A stretch of 52,814 nt of DNA, filler included, from Catajapyx aquilonaris (lineage: Eukaryota): NCBI GenBank assembly GCA_000934665.2. It is 3 parts of 3 records of this genome, joined end to end, with 100 filler letters (N's around TTAATTAATTAA, not from the genome) between each part and the next. Parts side by side here need not be neighbours in the genome. Positions count along the whole stretch, not along the records: positions 35,176 to 52,814 come from JYFJ02006932.1; 2 more parts are not named here. One strand, 5' to 3'. Made by a program: the position numbers and the translations under genes. The notes beneath the pieces were generated by a model that was not told where the DNA came from, ran no database searches, and saw nothing but the letters and a program-made list of their open reading frames with translations. Shown piece by piece: positions 36,479 through 48,100 of this stretch. Each line of letters begins with the position of its first letter. Position 1 is the stretch's first letter.

Positions 36479-38835
36479 GTAGGTTCTTTCAGTGAAAAGG
36501 TAGGGGAGGGGGAGGGAAAGGGAGGCAGAATGGAACTGTCCCCTGATGCCCTGCCCCTCCAGAAAAGTATGCCCCATCTTTATTCAAGTGTCAAAAATTC
36601 ACACCCCTCGACTGGATAGACTATAAGGACCAGTTCGGGCCAGTTGCAGCAGCACAAGGTACAGATTCATGATTGTGTGGGCTATTACAATACAGGTAGT
36701 GTCCTAAATGAACCTCCCTTAGTTTCAACTTGTTACTATTACGGAAGTTACTGGACCATGGTGTCGAAATTGTACAAATGAGAAGGGACACTCGTCAAGA
36801 TTATGTATTTAAAAAATAAGTAGCATTCCACGTATACTCATTTACTGTAGTAGCGAGCACAATTTTAAGCCGAAAATCTCCTTCTCCCGAGGTTCTCTAT
36901 AGCATGGCAGGGGTGCATGATGGTACTCTCTGTCTTGGAGTTGTGGAAAAGCGAAATGTCCAGCATGTCCATCACTTTTGTGATCGACTTCTGCTCGGCT
37001 CGGCTGACCACCCCACAACTTGCGTTTTTCCCTATGAAAATGCTATGTTTGTATCTTCTGACAGCATCCCTCACAGGAGCACCACCGCATCACATAAATC
37101 GTTCCAAAATTTCAGGATGAAACTTAATTGTTGAGTCTGATCCAGACCGTTTAAACAACAAAAACCTTAACTACCTCTGCATTTCTATTTTTTATTGCTC
37201 TTTTAAACTAGGGAGGTTCATTGACGATAATGAAACAATAAGTAAGTGTAGACCCATCTGAGACCCATGCATGTACCTGAATCTTGCACTGCTATAATGG
37301 CCCTAAATGACATTTCACTCCACAGCTGATGTAGTAAGTAATTGTTGACACATTAGTGCCAATAGTGCAGTTCATTGTTTCAAACTAATCATGCAAGTGC
37401 CTCATGTGTGAGTGAAGGCAGGTTGGCTGAGAGCTAGGGGTTGGCCGGGTTGGCCACTTCCAACCAAAGTGTACATCTATTGAGGGTTAGCAACTTACAT
37501 ACAAGAAATTGACTGGCCGCCACATTGGTAGGTCAACAACAATAATTACCAGCAACCAAGGTTGTTTTGGTTACTGAGTGGTTGGCTGGTTGCTATTGTA
37601 GTGATTGCTATTGTAGTGGTTGCTAGTCAGTTACATTGGTCATATAAGTGTAAACCAGTAATGTACATGAATGCAGTTTGGACATAATATTGTTTTGGGG
37701 TCTAGATCTGGACTTCTGTCTGCAATATATATTATTGGGTATGGAGGGTACCGGTATATGATGAATAGAGTAGGCTACTGTACATCAATCAGCACATGCT
37801 GTCGGCAAAGAGGTCCCACTGTGGGTGCCATAGTACCTGAACCATCCACATAAATCAATTGCCACAAGATTTCTATCTTTTAATTTGATATCAGTGTATG
37901 ACAATGGCCGTGTATGACAAACCCAATTTGGACCACTATAATTCAATGTAAAATTCGTAACCTTTCAACTGCCTTACAGCAGCTCTTTGACACACAAGTG
38001 TGCCCTTCGGTACTTTGGGAGACAATAAGAGGCTGGCCCGACCTTTAAGGTTCTGCAGCCCATATCGCCCACTATTTAATCACAAATATTCAATTCAGTA
38101 ATAGACATAACAAAACCAATATATTATTCTCCTCCCCATTACAGTACACTCTTCCAGATCATCAGTGGATTTTCTTCCTCGCCTCCCCAGTCCAGTACAC
38201 GCATACTCCATGCCCAGTGCCCCTTCGGTAGCCTACTATATAACGCGAACAACTGGGCTTTATCCTGGATGCCGATCAAGTGAAAAAAGTACAATAATAA
38301 TATTATTCTTAAAGAAATATTTGAATCTCACTACAAATTCAGCAGGATGTTTTTGAGGCTGGGGATGGAGGCTGAGTAATAAATTCTCTTCAGATCACAA
38401 TAAATTTTCTCAACAAACTGCTTAAAAATTCCGCTGATAATTTTGCTGCATCCTGTCTTGTAAAGAGGACTGAACTCCTTGGTTAAATAATCTCAACAAA
38501 TTGTTAAACAGAGCAGGTTCCTCTCTTAATCATTATTTAAAATCCAACTGTAAGACACACATATTTTAAAAACAAGAATCTTGATTGATGAATCAATTCA
38601 AAAAGACATTGAAGATCTGATGAATAAGTCTACCAGCTATGCAATATTGTAATTCACTAATTAAAGATAATGGTTATTATTTAAGGGGAAATTACTTTGA
38701 CTACAACCTTCCAATCAGCATAGTATATGGCTATTAGTAAATTTAAGAAATAATTCCCCCAAAAATTTTGTTTAATAAACATAGATTGGTTTTCTCAGAA
38801 GAAGAAGAAGAATGATACTAATAATTATGCTGCTC

Positions 38836-38884
<49 letters not shown>

Positions 38885-39162
38885 CCTCTCTCCCCCTGTA
38901 ATTCAATAACTTTTGACTTATTTCACGTTATATACACAGGTTTTTTTTGCATCTGAAAGATCCTCACTACTGTAGAGAAATTCCTGAACCCCTAACATAT
39001 TTTCAATTTTTGTCAACACCCTTGAATAAATTCCATGTAATATCAAATGTATAGATTTTTTTTGTGCAATATGTAACAAACTAGCTGTGTTTTTGTGACA
39101 TAAAACTGGACTGTAACACCGTTGTAGGGAAATCCCCTGCCCATTCAGGGCTGGGTAATAAA

Positions 39163-39196
<34 letters not shown>

Positions 39197-42100
39197 TTGT
39201 TACAGTTATACCTTGGTTATACCCTGGACATATTTCTCCTCGCTTCATTTTTTTATTTGCATGGGGCCAATATATTAGTATGGACTGTTTTTCCATTTAA
39301 AGCCACAACTACCCATAGCCTTACATTTATGCCACCACAGAGGTTGGCATAGCTAACCGAAAAATTAACTTCTCTAACAGCTAATCAGCTAGCTAAAAAA
39401 TTGGCTTTGCAAAATAGCTGAAGCTAAATGGTTAGAAAATTAGTGGAAGCTAACGCCAACAACCAACAGCTAACTTTTATTTTGGAATGTCACCTTTTTT
39501 GGCTCCATGACCCTTAAAAAACAGACCGAAGCTGATAAAGCCTAGAGAGCATTTCTACACATATACGCCTTATTTAGTTACTTACTATTCCCTACAAAAA
39601 GTAATTTATAAACAAATCCAAAGCGCAAAAAGGTTTATTGCCTTATTGGTCACATACTGATAGGCCCTACTCGTACATTTTTATTCCATCATTTGGGAGG
39701 AATTAAGTGGTGGTTGGCCTTATTGACCTTATTGAAGTCCCCCACATTTTTGGACATTGAAAGGAAGGCTTTCAATTTTGGTGCGTCACCGCAGTGGGAT
39801 TCCACCATAGGGATAAGGCCTTGAAGTCCCCCACCCATAAACTGGTCTATTTTAATCCCTACCTGGAGTGGAAACAATGCAACTTAAAAAAAGTAACAGG
39901 CACAGAGACAGAACACGAATGAATTTTGTTACGCAATTTAATTCAGCTGGAGTGCGGCACTAAATTTAGTGGGAGCTAATTAGTCAGCTAGTGGCCGGAA
40001 AAGTTAGCGAGAGCAGCTAATGAAAAATTAGTTTAGCTATTAGCTGTTTGCGGATTAGCGGCGCTAATGCCCACCTTTGATCCCACCCCATTCCTTGTAG
40101 AGTGCCCACTCTGATAGCTGAGGTTTGGAAAGGCACATGGAGTTCTCATCCCTTGCTCAGAATGATAATTGCCGAGGTACCTGCCATCAAATGTATGGTA
40201 TTATGACAACACCACACTTTCAAGTTTCACTAATATCAGAGTGGGTGCTCGTGCTCCCTAACTGGGTGGGATTCAGATAAGGCTGAGGATAGGATGTGCC
40301 TTTAAATGGAACACAGACTATACCTTGTGGCAGGATCTTCCACTAGTAAGAAACAATTTGAACATGTTACAAGTGCATGGGTCAGTTCATTGTGTGTTCT
40401 TGTATTTTTCAGGAAAAGTGATTGGAGGGCTACTGGTTCATCCAGACAAACTTCATTGTGTGTACCCTCTAGGAACCAATGTGGTCATATCAGACCTAAA
40501 GTCTCGCAAGCAAGATTTCTTGAGTGGCCATAGTAATAACGTTACTTGCATAACCATCTCCAACAGCGGGAAGTTTGTTGCATCAGGACAAATGAATCAC
40601 ATGGGATTCCACGTGAGGCAAACCTTTGACATCTTCAGAATAATGTACAGGGTGATCCTCTCGCTAGGAAACCAAAATATTCGTCACTAACTTTTTTATT
40701 ATTGTATGTGTGGTTCAGTATTCATGTGTTCATTTTCATAGGGAACCATACAATAATTAAAAAGTTATTGAGGAATATTTTGGTTTCCTAGAGAGAATCA
40801 GCCTATATAATACAGCTAGGGCGCTATAGGGTCATCAAAAAAGAATGCTTGGATCTTAAAACCCTATAGCTGGAAAACTTGTAGACATATCTTAATCATT
40901 GAAGTTTTGAAATGCTCAGAAGTGTCTAAAGTTTTGATTGTGCCATAGTTTTTTTCATTTAATTTTTTTTTACCCCATTAGCGGGAGCTGAGCCCTTTTA
41001 GGGGGGTGGCAGGTTACCACCATTTGAATTTTCTGTTTTCTTCAAACTCAGGTGTAGGGAAATCAAGGACAATGGGTAAGACTGGGGATTGTTGGGGAGG
41101 GAACGTAGGTGCAAGTGTAATACCGATAAATGGGTCATATACGTGCTGTTCCCCAGGAGGTTAGGTTGCCAGACACCTCGAAGGTGCGGGTCTATGGTGC
41201 GGGTCAGAGACCCTCCCGACGCAGGAGAAAGGGAGCTCCCAGGCGGGGATCGGACCTGGGACCTTTCACTCAGCAAGCCATCTAGGCCACCACACCTCCC
41301 CCGATTGTACCATAGTTTGCTTCAATATGAGCGTCATTTCTATCATTAATTTTGTCACTCGGCAAATGTAAATACGGTAATCGGTGTCGTGCCTAACCCG
41401 GTCAGACATGTCTGAAGTCATCATTGTGATCTATCCCATAGGTGCAGGATAACCCAGATCTTTTCACTATACATGTTTCTCCACAAACAATTCCATCAGG
41501 GTAAGATCTGGGCTTCTAGGGGGGGCTAGGCATTGGGAAACTTATCATTCAAGACTTAGCACACTGGCAGGCGGAACAAATAAAACTTTCCTACGGCAAG
41601 TTTGTTTCGTGGATGAGGAGACTTTTTATGTGCATAATCAAGAACAATGTGTATGGTGTAAAGACCCATCATCTCCAGCACCTACGGTGCTACGGGGTTG
41701 ATTGAGTGGTTTGCCACGACACCGATTACCGCCTTTTTTATCTGTCGAGCGACAAATGGAGCTCGTATCGAAACAACCTAAGGCGAGACTAAAACTTCAG
41801 ACGTTTCTTAGCATTTCAAAACTGAAATCTTTGATAAGATATGTCTACAAGTTTTCGAGTTACAGGGGTTTTAAAATCCGAGCATTCTTTTTAGACCACC
41901 CTGTACTTACAGTGCTATCATTATACGTATCTACAATTGGGACAGCATGGTGGTGTAGTGGATAAAGCCACAGTCCTGTGTTCGACCCCTGGATCGGACA
42001 GAGGTATTTCTCATGTGGAAAGCATTTCAATAGGTTATGTGTGCTAACATTGTTTTTTCAGGGTTCTCCCGTTTCCTTCCATAATCAAAATCCATAAGCA

Positions 42101-45100
42101 GCTTTGGAATTATTTAATAAAGCGAGTGAATTAAACGGAGCCCCTAAGCCACAGGCCTATGGTGGGGTAACCGATTGAATATTAATTTATCCATAATAAA
42201 TACGAGTTCATTCTTTAATATCAAGACATGCGATTGATTTCATTCACATTATGCAAAAAAAAATTGCCGACAGTTTGAGTGGTTCCTGTTGTACTGTACT
42301 ATGATAACCACATAATCTTTTGATTTACAGTAAGTGTATAATTATGAGAAACACACAGGTCACATTACAGAATATTGTTTTAGTATCCCATATTTACATG
42401 TAGACCTACTGTACAAGTACACTGTAATTTTTGACAACAACAAAGATTATCTTTTTATTCAAGTGATGTTCCCTTCTGGGAGATGAAGAGGGCCAGTGTA
42501 TTACCTAGTCCTAACATTATGTTCCATTCCTTCCATCCCCCACCCTGTAGGCCCCAGTGATCATCTGGGACTGGGAGAAGAGGTGTCAAATTGGCATGTA
42601 TAAAGTCCATAGGGTCCGTGTGGAGTCCGTAGGAATATCATGCAGGGATAAGTACGTTGCTTCTCTTGGAGGACAGGACGATGGTAATAACGTCATAGTA
42701 TACGATTTGGTCAAGATGGAGCCCTTGTGTGGGCTGGAGGCTGTCTCAACTTACTCTGGATTAGCCAAGGTCCTGCGATACCTTAACACTTCTGACAAAC
42801 TATTTGTTATCGGCGGAGATCATATCCTGAGCATTTGGCAGCTGGATACAAAGAAACGGAAGATCATTCCAATAGGTGCAAAGGCAAGGAAGATTCGACG
42901 ATATGTGAGGTGAGTCAGCTGGAGATCTCTGCCCGTCTCTGACAGTAGATCTTATAATCTGAATTCCAAGTAAAGTATCGATACTGGCATATACTGTAAG
43001 TTACTGTAGCTTTTCAGCAGCATATAGGTGCTGCAATGTGACTCAAATGGATTGAATAAATATTACTTTTCAACTTTAAAAATTGCTTTTCATGTGCACA
43101 ACAAGTTTCAGAATCACATTTGACAGATTTTGAACTATGAAGGTTTGGAATTGGTATATTGCATTATCCATATGGGATGAATTCTTTCCAAAGATTTATC
43201 TAGGTGGGAGTAATTTGCTCTATCATAAAACTGGCTTGACCTCTACGGACACTATATATGTGTCATGGGTTCCTTTGCAGCACCTATGCTGCTGAAAAGC
43301 TACAGTAACTTACAGTATATATACCAGTACCAGTACTTTACTTTGGAATTCAGAAAACGAGGGTTTGTCATGCGTCATACGAACACGTCATACCCTTAGT
43401 AACAATAGACACGCCGGATTTATGGCAAGGCAACCTAGGCAGCTGCCTAGGGCGGGCGGCAGATTCAAGGAACAGCAAATTTAGGGATACTAAAAAAATT
43501 AAACGAAGAATAAATAATAAATACTTATGCGACTGGAAGCAGCACCTGATTTACCATTAGGCAGAGTAAGCAAGTGCCTATAGGGGCGGCAGCGAGTTGC
43601 AATAAATATTTTTCAAATAGACCACAATAATAGGAAATAAAGGCGAAATTATTAAAAAATACAAAATTTTCACAGGGGGATTCCCAGCGCCGGATTTGCC
43701 ACTAGACAGAAAAGCCTGACTGCCATAAGTTAAAATATAAATATTTTAAAGTAAATAAAATGAAACAAAGCACTGGAGCCTCATGTAAAAATCATGTAAC
43801 TCAAGATAGTGGGTTTTGAAATGTTACGTTGAGGTAAAAGTTGCATCACAGGTTTGGCCGTGTCTGTTTCGGGGAGTGACCAGGACTCCGAAGACTCAGA
43901 TGACCCTGACGACCTGTCTGTGTGGAGGTCCGTTGCTGAAAGACCGGCATGCTGGATGAAATTAGCTTCCACGATTTTGTAGCGGCAGATGATGATGTAC
44001 AGTACAAGTGTGCCAGGAGATGACAGATTCAGGCATACTTTCGGGGAAATAAAAATAACAGATCTCGATATAACAAAATTCCATTATGACAAAAACATTT
44101 GCCCGGTCTCGCCGGTTTCGTTGTAACGAGATTTGACATGTATACTTATACGTATGATTAAAATTGAAGGCTTCTTTATTGTCCAGATGTATCCAGTTTG
44201 ATGCAGATGACAAATGGGCATACTGTGGCACGGAAACTGGGGACATTCTCCAGTTTCGAATTGAAAGAAAGATATATGAGCCAGGTGTGGTTCTACCAGG
44301 TGCCATTCGTGGTGACAAGCCACCGAAGTATGATGTTGACATGATCCATGAAGACACTCTGACTCGGATCCCAAAGAATAAGAAGGCTACCCAACCAGAC
44401 TTCTATTCGAAAGGAATTAGGGCATTCTTGCTCCTTGAAGAAGGCTCATTCCTAGTAGGATGTGGGGATGGCTGGATAAGTCTGGTCAAGAGGAAAGACG
44501 GTGCCACGTCAATAAAGAAAATACCCAAAGGAGTCAAGTTCATTTTGCCTGTGATACAAGGCACTTTGACAGAGCTGAACAGAAAGTCTGTTGGTGCAGG
44601 AATCACTTCCTTATGCAAGTGCTGGGCAGCAGAACGAAGAAAACCAGCATCAGTACTTGCTGGTACTGAACGATCAGAGGTTAGTGCTGGAGGGAATAGG
44701 ATAAATAATATTTCAGCTGACAACTGCATTATTGACAAGAAATGTTATGCTAACAAGTCTGTTGATGAGCATCAGAGGGATGAAGTGTAAGAGAGAAGTT
44801 ATACATTAGGTTCTTCGGGTTCTTCTCACTGTCTCATATTTACTGGGTGCACTCAGGACTGGGAGTAGCCTACCAATTTGATGTGGCATTTCAACCGATA
44901 TGGAGGTAAGCTAAATAGGTACAGAGTGGTCAAAAAGGAATGTTCCGATTCTAAAACCCTCTAACTCGAAACTTATAGACATATATATGGTATCTTAATA
45001 ATTTAAGTTTTGAAATGCTAAGAAGCGTACATCTAAAGTTTTGGTCTTACCACATTTTGTTTCGATACAAGCTCCCTTTATCGCTTGACAAATGTAAATA

Positions 45101-48100
45101 TAGTAATCAGTGTCATTCACCTAACCTGCTCCAACATGGCTGGCTTACCATTGCAATCTTTTCCCATAGTGCTGGAGATTCCAGATCTTTTTACTATACA
45201 TAATTATGTATCTCCACAAAAAAGTCCATTGAGGTGAGATATGGGCTTCTCATTAATTCAAGACTTTGCACACTGGGGGAGCTGAACAAATGAAACTTTA
45301 CTATGGCAGGTTTGTTTCATGCATGAGGCGACTTTTTATGTAGGCTACATCAATAGGAACAATGAGTGTGGTGTAAAGATCCGGGATATCCAGCACCTAC
45401 GGGATAGCATCACAATGGTAGCATGCAGCTCCAGATGTGATTGCGCGGATTTGGCATGAGACCGAATACGGTCTTGTTTTATATACCGAGCGACAAATGA
45501 AGCTCATATTGAAACAAACTAAGGTGACACCAAAACTTTAGACCCTTCCTCGCATTTCAAAACTTAAATTATTAAAATATGTCTACAAGTTTTCGAGTTA
45601 TATAGTTTTAGAGTGGGGCATTCTTTTTTGACCACCCTGTATTATGAAATGCACATATTGCTAGCTGTACAAAATAATGCTGCTTATGCATCCCGCAAAT
45701 CAAATAGCAGCTGATAAGTAATTAAAATAGTCTAACTTACAACAATGAAGATCATCGGCAATAAGGAGAAAGTGCGAATAGACCATTTTTCAGAAAATGG
45801 CGAAAATGCGTACTTTAAGATGAAATCACACACCGCAGGTTTAGGTGAAATGACAAATGTGTAGGTGGAACAGTGCACAGCATACAGTGATACTGGATTT
45901 GTGAGGACTATGAGGGCCAGTCAAAAGAAAGTGAGACTGATTTTTTATGTGATACAGGGAATTACGGTAGATCATGACTTGTGGTGAATTGCATTGTGTC
46001 CGGAACGGATTGAACTATTAATAGAACACAAATTCTTGTTGGAATATTCCACGATCCCGTGCGAGGGTGACACCGAAAGTAGATCTAGGTTCACATTCGC
46101 CTTCGCTCTGCCATGAAGTCAGCGGTTTTGCTTCCATTTGAAGACAACAGTGATGAAGGGGTGTGACATGCTAAGATATGGTGAAGATGTGTCCCACAGC
46201 ATTCTGATGGTACATGGCATTCAGCAAGGGTCCATAGTCAGCTTTCAAAGAGACAGGTTTTCAGACTCCATCAGAGTTCTTACAGAGGAGATCATTAACA
46301 GATGTGCAGTAATTGTCCGGGAAGATTGCCATATGACCGTCTATGACCTTGCCAGAATGATTGGTACCTCTACTGGTAGTGTCCACACGATTTTGCACAT
46401 GCGATGAGTTTGCACCCGATGTGATGGGGCCCCAAGCTGTTGACTCCATAGGAGAAGCACATGCGGTTGGAGAGGTTTGCGATGAGTTGCAACCTCTTGT
46501 AGCGCCTCACATGGTGACCAGTAGCCTATCTGCTGTTCACAATCAAAGCGCATGTCGTACGTTCCTTGGCTGTTTTATTGAAACGGAAGCAAAACCTTAA
46601 CGCTGAATTTTGGTCCTCACTGCAGACCTCTGGCAGAGCGGAGGACAATGTGAACCTAGGTCTACTTCCGCTGTGACCATAGAATGGGATTTTGGAATAT
46701 TCGAACAAGAATTGGTGTTCTAATACTACAGCCCATACTGGACACAATTCCATTCACCGCGAAGTCATGAAGTAATTCTCTTTATCACATAAAAAACCAG
46801 TCTCAATTTCTTTTGACTGGCCTTCGTACTTTCAACCTATTTTTTGCCCCTCCTGTAAAATTTATAAAATGGTATATATTCGCCCTTTCTTCTTAATGCC
46901 GACGAAGTGTCTTTTCCACAAGGATAACACTATTTCAGAGTAGACTTTGTGCAACTCATGAAGTAAAACTTCATACAATTATATTGTACAAAATTAGAAC
47001 AAAGTATATTTTGAATAATAATATCGTGGGGCGAGAAAAAATTAGGTTGTAACTACATAGGATTTTCATTGCAGTTACAACCTTGTAATTCTCACCCAAT
47101 GACGTGTTATTCTCCATGGGCCATGAAGTAGAGTACATGACACACTGTTAGGAGAGGTAGGGGGATGTTAACTCTCAATTGTCATGGAGGAAGATACACA
47201 GCAGAGTTATGTAGACTATCATTAATTTTTAGGGTGGGCATCACGCATCAGGCCCAGTGAGCCTATGGGTGGGGTGAAGGTCCATAAATATGAAGCTGAG
47301 CAAATGTACTTTTATGGATGACCCAGAAGCCTGACAATGCCATCTTCAAATGGATATTAATGTAACATCTATTTATTTTGTTTTACATTTCAGGTGTACG
47401 TTGTGGAGCTGCCCAGCCTTACAACAAAGCTGCTTTTGACATGCCACCTAGGCCCTGTGAATGCAGTGACTTTTCCCTATGGATGCTCAGAGGTCTTTGC
47501 AACCTGTAGCAAGGAAGACGTACGCATTTGGTCATCTCGCACAGACAAAGAGCTCCTGCGTATCACTGTGCCAAACCTTGAATGTACCTCAGTGGTATTT
47601 GCTAAAAGTGGGAAATACATCATGACAGGATGGAGTGATGGCGAGTTGCGTTGCTTCACACCTGAGACTGGAAAATTAGTTTTCATAGTACATAATGCCC
47701 ACAAGACAGGGGTAGGTAGAGTCATAACTTGTCATGACCACAATTCCAAAACACACTATCTTTTGGCTCCCTATGCTGAATTCAGGGAAACAGATCTAGT
47801 CAGATTGCAAATGTGTTCTTAATACAGTAGAACCCCCATTATCCATCATCCATGGGACTAAGACATGGTCGGAACACGAAAAAAGGTCAGATGATATCTA
47901 GGAGAAGCAAAACAAAACTTTAATGAAACATGACAAAAAACACGTACAAATGTGAAATACTGAATTATGGTTTTCTAGGAAATAGTGAGTGTTTATCTTT
48001 TACATACACAGTCTGCTGGTTTGTATTTGCAATTTAACTAAGGCAACACAAACTAAATACAGACATTTTGTAATACGTTACAGTATAGTATTTGATAAGA

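Noticed and set aside
41770..41785. gaaacaacctaag as a possible KIF13 KQPK micro-exon
   Set aside because: It lies inside a mariner MITE arm, with no AG acceptor and no GT donor.
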